Positions 7,814-14,862 of a stretch of DNA of 14,862 bases are shown piece by piece. The DNA is from Bdellovibrionia bacterium (lineage in GTDB: Bacteria; Bdellovibrionota; UBA1018). The stretch lies in contig JBMSSC010000065.1 of assembly GCA_049424145.1 (NCBI GenBank), positions 1 to 14,862 of the forward strand. The letters run 5' to 3'. Position numbers and translations under genes: made by a program. The stretch's first letter is position 1; every line of letters starts with the position of its first letter. Under the pieces are notes generated by a model. The model was not told where the DNA came from and searched no databases. It saw only the letters and a program-made list of their open reading frames with translations.

Positions 7814-10800
7814 AGTTGCGTTAAAGCCTGATTTTATTGATGCACCGGCTCAGGGCCTTTTAAGACGCCTGGAGCTGGCTCATCCGGAGATTCGAAAAAA
7901 AATTAGGTGGGCACGCCTTTTAGAGACGTTCTGGATTGATATCCCGATTTCTCGAGAGGAACTGATTCCGGCCATCACCGATGTCTGCTGGGATCGGGTC
8001 CTTCAGTGGGTGTTTACCGGTAACCTCATGCCCTCGGCCACGGGGAAGTCAGGTGGGCTACAAGATCTCATGGAAGCTGCACCGAATCGACCGGGCAAAT
8101 TCTGGGGGATTGAAAGGAAGTTTCGTGCAGGCACAACCGATCATTGCGGTAAGACCTTAAAAGAAGCTTTTGAAATTGTGCTCGGGAAATCGATCCCGGA
8201 GGCACGAGCCTCCAGTGGTGGTCTTCTTCTCTTGGAGGGCCCTGAACTCAATGAGGATTGGTTAGCGGTCATTGCAAGAGATGTCTTTTGTAACGAGTTA
8301 ATTGAAACCTGGACGTTAGTGAGTGAAGAGAGTCTCAAAAAAAATGATCGATTTCATCAGGAGAGAATCAAGTACGATTTGCCGAGAGTTCCTCTTCGAT
8401 CCTCAAGTCAAGTGGAGACGTTCCGCTTAGGGGATCTCAGTGATGCCGATTTAGAAAAACTCAGCCAGCAAAAACTCTGGGCCTTAAACTTAAAGGAATT
8501 GCAGGCCATTCGGGCGTATTTTATGGATCCCCAAGTCATTGAGAGACGCTCGGGGATTGGTCTTTCCGATCCCACCGATGCTGAGATGGAAATTCTGGCT
8601 CAAACCTGGTCCGAGCACTGTAAGCATAAAATTTTCAATGCTCAGATTGAGTACGAAGAGGCTGGAAAGAGTTTAATCCCCAAAACCATTGATGGTCTTT
8701 TTCAGAGCACCATTGCGGGGACAACCGCTGAAATCCCCAAGCCCTGGCTTCTCTCCGTATTCTCCGATAACGCAGGGATCTGTGCCTTTGACGAGGAAGA
8801 TGCGTTTTGTATGAAAGTTGAAACCCATAACTCGCCTTCGGCTTTAGATCCGTATGGAGGCGCGCTGACTGGAATTGTCGGAGTGAATCGAGATATTCTA
8901 GGCTGTGGCCTTGGAGCCAAGCCCATCTTCAATACCAATGTGTTCTGCGTGGCTCCCCCCGATTATTCAAAAGGGCTTCCTGATCAAATTTTTCATCCCC
9001 GCAGGATCTTAGACGGAATCAGACGTGGGGTTGAGCACGGCGGGAATAAGAGTGGAATCCCCACCCTCAATGGGGCCTTGGTGTTTGACGAGCGGTACCT
9101 AGGAAAACCCCTGGTGTATTGCGGAACTGCGGGATTCATGCCGAAGCGCAGTGCGGGGGTGGAGTGTCAGACCAAACAAGTCCTCCCCGGCGATCACATC
9201 TGCATGGTGGGTGGCAGAATCGGGAAAGATGGGATTCATGGAGCCACCTTCTCGTCGTTAGCCCTCGATGCTCAAGCCCCCTCCTCGGCAGTTCAGCTCG
9301 GTGATCCGATCACCCAAAAGCGAATGGCCGATTTTTTGCTGGAAGCGCGTGATCGTGGTCTTTATCGCGCCATTACGGATAACGGCGCAGGCGGGCTTTC
9401 CTCCTCTGTGGGGGAAATGGCTAAGCTCTCCGGTGGGGCTAAAATGGATGTGAGTCGGGCTAAAACGAAGTACCCTGGGTTGAAGCCGTTTGAGCTCATT
9501 GTGAGCGAGTCGCAGGAGCGAATGACGGTTGCGGTGCCTGTGGTTCATGTGTCTGAGTTTTTTGACCTAGCCTTTGCCCGTGGAGTTGAGGTCAGTGATC
9601 TGGGTGAGTTTACGGATTCAGGGCGCTTTGAAATCACTTACGAAGATCAGCGCGTGGCCTACTTAGATTTGGATTTCTTGCACGAAGGCGTTCCAAGGCT
9701 TGAGTTAAAAGCCCGCTGGACCCCACCTGCTCAATGGGTTTCTGAAGGAAGCAGTCGAGAGATGAAGCCCTTTGATTCCAGTTCAGAGGAAGGCGGCGCT
9801 CAAGTTCTTTTAGGACTCTTGGGAAGACCCAATATTGCCTCAAAAGAATGGCTCATTCGTCAGTATGATCATGAAGTTCAAGGCACCTCGGTGATTAAGC
9901 CCCTTCACACCGTGGGGCTAGGGACTCCTCAGTCCTCCAGTGGGCCCAACGATGGGGGAGTCATCAAGCCCAAAGCCACCTCGAATGCAGGGATCAGTGT
10001 CGGATCTGGGGTTCATCCTCATCTGTCTGAGATCGATCCCTACCTCATGGCGCAGGCCTCGGTCGATGAAGCCATTCGAAACGTCCTGTGCGTGGGAGCT
10101 GAGTATGGACTCCCTGAGTCGGTCTTAGCGTTAGTCGATAATTTCTGCTGGCCCGATCCTGTGGGGGATCCGTTGAAGACCGCCTGGCTGGTGAGAGCCT
10201 GCTACGGACTGAGGGAAGCTTGCTTGGCTTTGTCTGTACCTCTGATCTCAGGTAAAGACAGCATGAAAAACGATTTCAGGGGATTTCGGGATTCCGAGCC
10301 GGTCCATATCTCCGTTCCTCCCACCCTCTTAATGACCGCTGTGGCTAAAGTTGCTGACATCACGCAGGCGCGATCGGCAGACTTTAAATCCGTAGGAAAT
10401 GTGATCTTTGTCCTCGGGGAAGCCAATTTTGGTCTTTTGGGCTCGGAGTTTCAAGCTCACCTAAGCCCCGCGCCTTTGTCAGGGTTCGGTTCGCTGCGAG
10501 TGGGGTTACCTTCCTGGAAGATGGCTCGACGCATCTACAGCTGGCTGGGGGGAGCCAGTGGGCGCTTAACCTCAAAACTCAAATCACTTCATGACGTTTC
10601 AGATGGAGGATTGCTCACGGCTGTGGCAGAAAGTTGCCTTGCTCGGGGTTTGGGAGCTTCACTTGAGTTTCCTCCCGATTGTAACCCTTGGGAGTATGCA
10701 TTTGGTGAGGGGTTTCATACGTTCATCGCCTCAGCCGCAGCAGAAGATGTGCAGGCACTGGAGTCAGAGTGGGATGATTTGGGGATTCCCTATCGAAGAC

Positions 10801-10937
10801 TGGGAGTGATTCAAGCCAAGGACTCCCTTGAGGTGAATTTAGGAATGAAGGACCCGGGTAGCGCTTCCTCTGCCGCTCTCCGTGTGGAGGTCCAAGCGCT
10901 GCGCTCCGCTTGGGTGAAACAAGGATATTGGGAATAA
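7797..10937 (+). CDS. purL: FGAM synthase synthetase subunit (1046 aa) with N-terminal PurS-like extension and no glutaminase domain
   Basis: WSEHCKHKIF, KVETHNSPSALDPYGGALTG, DGIHGATFSS, DNGAGGLSS, SESQERM, QYDHEVQG, ISGKDSM, HDVSDGGL. Start set at GTG 7797 after AAGGGAGA, overlapping the end of purN. Confidence 0.96.
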   Translation: MFARIEVALKPDFIDAPAQGLLRRLELAHPEIRKKIRWARLLETFWIDIPISREELIPAITDVCWDRVLQWVFTGNLMPSATGKSGGLQDLMEAAPNRPGKFWGIERKFRAGTTDHCGKTLKEAFEIVLGKSIPEARASSGGLLLLEGPELNEDWLAVIARDVFCNELIETWTLVSEESLKKNDRFHQERIKYDLPRVPLRSSSQVETFRLGDLSDADLEKLSQQKLWALNLKELQAIRAYFMDPQVIERRSGIGLSDPTDAEMEILAQTWSEHCKHKIFNAQIEYEEAGKSLIPKTIDGLFQSTIAGTTAEIPKPWLLSVFSDNAGICAFDEEDAFCMKVETHNSPSALDPYGGALTGIVGVNRDILGCGLGAKPIFNTNVFCVAPPDYSKGLPDQIFHPRRILDGIRRGVEHGGNKSGIPTLNGALVFDERYLGKPLVYCGTAGFMPKRSAGVECQTKQVLPGDHICMVGGRIGKDGIHGATFSSLALDAQAPSSAVQLGDPITQKRMADFLLEARDRGLYRAITDNGAGGLSSSVGEMAKLSGGAKMDVSRAKTKYPGLKPFELIVSESQERMTVAVPVVHVSEFFDLAFARGVEVSDLGEFTDSGRFEITYEDQRVAYLDLDFLHEGVPRLELKARWTPPAQWVSEGSSREMKPFDSSSEEGGAQVLLGLLGRPNIASKEWLIRQYDHEVQGTSVIKPLHTVGLGTPQSSSGPNDGGVIKPKATSNAGISVGSGVHPHLSEIDPYLMAQASVDEAIRNVLCVGAEYGLPESVLALVDNFCWPDPVGDPLKTAWLVRACYGLREACLALSVPLISGKDSMKNDFRGFRDSEPVHISVPPTLLMTAVAKVADITQARSADFKSVGNVIFVLGEANFGLLGSEFQAHLSPAPLSGFGSLRVGLPSWKMARRIYSWLGGASGRLTSKLKSLHDVSDGGLLTAVAESCLARGLGASLEFPPDCNPWEYAFGEGFHTFIASAAAEDVQALESEWDDLGIPYRRLGVIQAKDSLEVNLGMKDPGSASSAALRVEVQALRSAWVKQGYWE

Positions 10938-10949
10938 GGAGCAGACCCC

Positions 10950-11714
10950 ATGGTGCATCGAAATCCAAAAGTATTAGTCATCGCAGGCGATGGGATCAAT
11001 TGTGAGCTGGAGACGGCTCAAGCTTTTCAAAAAGCTAAGTTTGATGTGGAATTAGCCCACTTAAATGATCTCATCCTTCGACAGGTGAAATTGGACCAGC
11101 TCTCGTCTGAGTACTCAGCTCTTGCGCTTCCTGGAGGTTTTTCCTTTGGCGATGATCTGAGCTCAGGGAAGGTTCTCGCTTTAAAACTCCAGCATCGTTT
11201 GCGCTGGGATTTACCCACTTACGTGAGCCGAGGTGGCCTTGTTCTTGGGATTTGTAACGGGTTTCAAGCCCTCATTCGTCTTGGGGTGTTTGGCAGCGAA
11301 GTGTCGATTACCCATAATTTAAATGGTAAGTTCATGAATGCATGGACTCAAGTCATGCCTCATGGGACGCGCAGTCTTTGGCTGAGTGGGGTAGGGGACA
11401 TGGATTTGCCCATCCGTCATGGAGAAGGCCGGATTGTCATTGCTCCCAGTCGTAAATCCGAGACGCTTGAGAAAATGGATCGCCTCGGTATGACGTGCCT
11501 GAAGTACCGCGTCAACCCCAACGGAAGCCAAGAGTCGTTAGCGGGTCTTTGTGATCCCTCAGGTAGGATTTTAGGTCTGATGCCTCACCCCGAGGGTTTT
11601 ATTCGTTGGACGGCTCATCCAGAGTGGACGGCGCAGCCGGGGCGGGCTAGTTCTCCCGGTCAGGGCTTGGCGATTTTTGAGAATGCTTACCGAGAAGCGC
11701 TTAAGTCGCTTTAG
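10950..11714 (+). CDS. purQ: FGAM synthase glutaminase subunit
   Basis: GINCELET, PGGFSFGD, GICNGFQ (catalytic Cys), HGEG, GLMPHPE (His/Glu). Strong SD TAAGGAG. Confidence 0.97.
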   Translation: MVHRNPKVLVIAGDGINCELETAQAFQKAKFDVELAHLNDLILRQVKLDQLSSEYSALALPGGFSFGDDLSSGKVLALKLQHRLRWDLPTYVSRGGLVLGICNGFQALIRLGVFGSEVSITHNLNGKFMNAWTQVMPHGTRSLWLSGVGDMDLPIRHGEGRIVIAPSRKSETLEKMDRLGMTCLKYRVNPNGSQESLAGLCDPSGRILGLMPHPEGFIRWTAHPEWTAQPGRASSPGQGLAIFENAYREALKSL

Positions 11715-11737
11715 AGAAATGAAAAAGCGTCAAGCGA

Positions 11738-11912
11738 GGGAGTCTCTTCCGGTGTCTAACGACCGAGGCCTTTAGGAATCTGACTAGAAGACCGCTTTAA
11801 GACGTGTGGGAGTGACGGTTTTTTTTTAGAGTCCACCTGGCACGTCTTCAGGTGATGACTTGCGCTGATTTCAGTGACATTCGCCTAGAGGCGTCCAGAT
11901 TCCCCTTTTTTT
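11738..11912 (+). ncRNA. Structured intergenic RNA candidate (~175 nt; 6S-like outline or unknown family) ending in a T7 run
   Basis: GGGAGTCT (11738-45) pairs with AGATTCCC (11897-904). 11791-11806 pairs with 11841-11856 at 14/16 positions. Two small hairpins lie at 11863-76 and 11882-93, with a T7 run at 11906-12. The G-U pairs favour the + strand. Confidence 0.45.
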
Positions 11913-11930
11913 GATCCAACAGTAAATCCC

Positions 11931-12740
11931 TCAATTGCGATCATCTTGGTAAGATTGCTCCAGCTCATTTGAAGGGCTTGGTTTTGTCTTGAGATATTTC
12001 TCACGGCTTAAAATGGTTCTAATGTAGAGGGTAAATAGAAGTTGAATGCTGCGCTTGATCTCTCCAAAGTCCATCTTTGAATGACCATAGGTCCGTGGAG
12101 GCAAAGTAATCGGAATTTCTCGCACTTTCAATCCACTCAGATGCAGAAAGTATAGGCTTTCAAAGAAGAAAGAGTAACCTCTTGAGGTAATCAAGTGGAA
12201 AGAATCCTGGGGGATCTGATTGAGCTTGTAGAGTCTGAACCCCCCTGTGGCATCATAAGGTATGTTTAAGAAAGTTTTCGTCGCAAAATGTCCGGCATAG
12301 GTTAAGAAGCGACGAATGAGGTTCCATCCCGTCAGGCTTCCTTTTTGAAGATAGCGAGATCCAACGACGATGTCCTCGGTTCCTCCCTGTGCGGCTCTTA
12401 GAATATCAAAAATCTTAGATGGATGATGAGTAAAATCACAATCCATGGTGATTAGCGTCTGATAGCCGTGTTGGTAGGCCCAGTGAATGCCCTCCAAATG
12501 GGCACTGCCGATCCCCAGTTTGCCATTTCGGTTGACAACGTGAAGTTGAGAATGGGATTTGGATAGGATCTGAAGAATCTCCCCGGTTCCATCAGGAGAA
12601 TTGTCATCGATGAATAGGATGTCTAGATCGAGACCAAGAGCTTGTATCTCTGAGAAGAGTTTGGGTGCATTGTCTTTCTCATTATAGGTGGGAATAAAGA
12701 CTAGTGGACGTCGAATCTGAGCCGGAGAATCTTTAACCAT
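11931..12740 (-). CDS. GT2 glycosyltransferase, polyprenol/dolichol-phosphate mannose synthase (DPM1-like)
   Basis: FIPTYNE, IDDNSPDGTG, KLGIGSA, MDCDFTHHP (DxD), VVGSRY, DATGGFRLY, GYSF, RTYGHSKM. Confidence 0.92.
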   Translation of the reverse strand: MVKDSPAQIRRPLVFIPTYNEKDNAPKLFSEIQALGLDLDILFIDDNSPDGTGEILQILSKSHSQLHVVNRNGKLGIGSAHLEGIHWAYQHGYQTLITMDCDFTHHPSKIFDILRAAQGGTEDIVVGSRYLQKGSLTGWNLIRRFLTYAGHFATKTFLNIPYDATGGFRLYKLNQIPQDSFHLITSRGYSFFFESLYFLHLSGLKVREIPITLPPRTYGHSKMDFGEIKRSIQLLFTLYIRTILSREKYLKTKPSPSNELEQSYQDDRN

Positions 12741-12743
12741 AGG

Positions 12744-13661
12744 TCACTTTGCTTTCTTACTCGATTCTATTTTTAGTAACATTTTGACCATTTCTTCAAA
12801 TTTAAACATCGGCTTCCAGCCGGTTTGACGAATCAGCTTGGCAGGATCTCCAATGCGCACAGGACCTCTCCGAGTTAATATGGATGGGTCTTGGCGGACA
12901 TATTTTTCTGGATCTAAATCAAGGCTATCAAATACAATCTGAATAAACTCCCGTACAGTATGCCCCTCTCCGGTTGCCACGATAAATTCATCACTTGTCG
13001 GGAGTTGTAATATGCGATACATGGCTTCGACATAGTCCCCAGCATATCCCCAGTCGATTGTAGCGTTGAGATCTCCAATTACCAAATGATCCTGCTGACC
13101 GGATCGGATCGCAAGAGCGGTTTTGATAATCTTCATGGAGAGAAATTTTTCACTTCTCAAGTTGGATTCGTGATTATAGAGAATTCCCACGGAAGCAAAT
13201 AGACCATATTTTTTTCTAAACTTTCGACAAGCCAATAGTCCATTTGCCTTTGAAATGGCATAGCTTGAGTCTGGTCTTAATGGAGTCGATTCGCATTGAA
13301 TGGCTGCAGATGGATGGCCAAAAATATGGGATGAAGCTGCATAAAAAATGCGTGTTTTAGGAGAATCGTTTCGGATTGATTCCAAAAAGTGAATAAGGGA
13401 GTGGAAGTTAACCTCAAACGTCCTTCTTGTAAAATCTGAATTCTCTGAGCCAGATTCTTCAGACGAATGATGAATCGCTGCTAGGTGGTAAATTTCTGAT
13501 GGTTTCACCGAAAGGATGAGCTCTCTAACCCGCTTTGGCTGTGTAATATCCCACTCAGACGAGTCGCCTACACCAATGACCTTGTAGCCTTTATTCGATA
13601 GCAGCTCACCTAAGAGGATTCCATCCTGACCTGAGCTTCCCAGGATGATCGCTGTGCTCAT
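12744..13661 (-). CDS. GDP-mannose 4,6-dehydratase-like extended SDR (atypical active site)
   Basis: GSSGQDG, IYHLAA, FYAASSHIFG, PDSSYAISK (YxxxK), GILYNHES, IDWGYAGDYVEAM, ATGEGHTVREF. Symbol withheld because the catalytic Glu position is His. Confidence 0.85.
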   Translation of the reverse strand: MSTAIILGSSGQDGILLGELLSNKGYKVIGVGDSSEWDITQPKRVRELILSVKPSEIYHLAAIHHSSEESGSENSDFTRRTFEVNFHSLIHFLESIRNDSPKTRIFYAASSHIFGHPSAAIQCESTPLRPDSSYAISKANGLLACRKFRKKYGLFASVGILYNHESNLRSEKFLSMKIIKTALAIRSGQQDHLVIGDLNATIDWGYAGDYVEAMYRILQLPTSDEFIVATGEGHTVREFIQIVFDSLDLDPEKYVRQDPSILTRRGPVRIGDPAKLIRQTGWKPMFKFEEMVKMLLKIESSKKAK

Positions 13662-13691
13662 TTCTGACTCTCTTTGGTCATAGAATTCTCA

Positions 13692-14861
13692 TTAAACGAT
13701 GTCGAGCTTTGGAAGGGGAAAAACAAATTGAACCCCTGTTTTTCTGAGCTGAATTTCCCGCGAAAGAATATTTTCTTTAAAATGCCACGGCAGTACGAAT
13801 AAGTAATCTGGCTTTCTACTTTTTGCTTCCTCTTCTGAGATGATCGGGATGAGAGTCCCAGGTGTAAAAGAACCAAATTTATCTGGGTTTACCTCAGCAA
13901 TTGCTGGCAATAGCCCTTCGGAGAGTTGACACCACTGAAGGAGAACGTTGCCCTTAGTTGATGCGCCATAGCCCAAAACTTTTTTTCTAGAGACCTGAGC
14001 CTCCCGGAAGAACTTTTGAATCACAACCCGATGCTCGTGGGTCCTGTTTCTAAACGCTTCAAATGGGCGTGGAGTTGAATAACCCTCTGCTTTCTCTTGA
14101 GATAGGATGTCTTCGATTTGTTTCAAATTGGCAGGATATTTCGACTCATTTTTGGCAGCCGTAATCGAGAAACTACCCCCATTGACATCATTGAATTCGA
14201 TATCTAGAATTTTTAGACCGACCCTTTGAGTCATCCAATAGATCTGCTTCAGGCCGTAGTACTCCAGGTGCTCATGGCAAATGGTATCGTATGAGTCTCT
14301 CTGAATCATCAATGGCATATAGCTCTGCTCAAATACCCAAACTCCATCATCGGCGAGGATCTTGTGAATCTGGTGCATAAAACCCATGGGGTCCTCTAGA
14401 TCGTAAAACATCGAAAAGGAGGTAACGACTTTAGCTTTACAGCCAGGAAAGGTAGACTCGACGACACTTGCCGAAAAAAAATCTGGGATCAGGCGAATGT
14501 GAGTTGGATAATTATCCTTAAATTTAACTCCGGTGGGATCGATACCAACCAGAGTGAGGTGTTTCGGATAGGCCTGGAGGGTCGTCGAATCATTTGAGCC
14601 TATGTCAATGACCAGATCTCCTGGAATGAGTGAGTACTGATTGCAGATTTGTTGTACCTTTTTGTGAAGGTGAGCGACCATCGACCGATTCAGCCCGGAT
14701 TTGTATCCGTAGTTCTCACCATAAAACTGGTGGATGTCGCCTGTGTGTTTTAGCTGCAGCAGGCCACAGTTTGAGGAATTTTCTTTTTCCATGCATTTCA
14801 CCAACTCAAGAGGGATGGTCTCTACCACTTGATTGCGCGACTTTGGGAAAATTCCCGTTAA
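13692..14861 (-). CDS. SAM-dependent NDP-hexose C-methyltransferase (TylC3/TcaB9-like), 5'-truncated
   Basis: Frame stays open to the window edge (LTGIFPKSRNQVVETIPLELVKC...CGLLQL). Motifs YGYKSG, DIGSNDSTTL, YDTICHEHLEYY, GGSF, GYGASTKGNVLLQ, LPWHFK. Confidence 0.9.
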   Translation of the reverse strand, partial: LTGIFPKSRNQVVETIPLELVKCMEKENSSNCGLLQLKHTGDIHQFYGENYGYKSGLNRSMVAHLHKKVQQICNQYSLIPGDLVIDIGSNDSTTLQAYPKHLTLVGIDPTGVKFKDNYPTHIRLIPDFFSASVVESTFPGCKAKVVTSFSMFYDLEDPMGFMHQIHKILADDGVWVFEQSYMPLMIQRDSYDTICHEHLEYYGLKQIYWMTQRVGLKILDIEFNDVNGGSFSITAAKNESKYPANLKQIEDILSQEKAEGYSTPRPFEAFRNRTHEHRVVIQKFFREAQVSRKKVLGYGASTKGNVLLQWCQLSEGLLPAIAEVNPDKFGSFTPGTLIPIISEEEAKSRKPDYLFVLPWHFKENILSREIQLRKTGVQFVFPLPKLDIV

Positions 14862-14862
14862 C

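Noticed and set aside
11838..11852. Sigma-54 promoter at TGGCACG
   Set aside because: The -12 TTGC element is absent at the required spacing (CAGG instead).
11775..11903. Retron msr-msd or MITE reading of the structured element (8-bp terminal inverted repeat, short hairpins, long hairpin)
   Set aside because: No reverse transcriptase or transposase in the window, no target-site duplication, and a single copy here.
13658..13876. 72-aa minus-strand ORF and the other short ORFs nested in the long genes
   Set aside because: Alternative-frame or antisense shadows of well-supported genes, with no motifs or RBS.

Overview
Bacterial chromosomal window, tentatively Bdellovibrionota/deltaproteobacteria-like (inferred from gene styles only). 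Left to right: the 3' end of a large Cys-containing hypothetical protein with a G-G-M-Y-P repeat tail; dapF (probably leaderless); a convergent 74-aa FGKYxG-motif protein; a 345-bp divergent intergenic region; and a tightly coupled de novo purine operon, purF-purC-purD-purN-purL-purQ. The operon has an unusually long PurC, a PurL that appears to carry fused PurS-like domains, and no purM/E/K/B/H. It is followed by a highly structured ~175-nt intergenic element (ncRNA candidate, 6S-like in outline) and the convergent, lower-GC end of a surface-glycan cluster (NDP-sugar C-methyltransferase, a GMD-like SDR with His at the catalytic Glu position, and a DPM1-like GT2). No mobile element, CRISPR, tRNA or rRNA was seen. 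The best novelty candidates are the structured RNA after purQ, the repeat-tailed protein and the atypical GMD-like enzyme. Everything was read by eye, with no searches or folding programs run.
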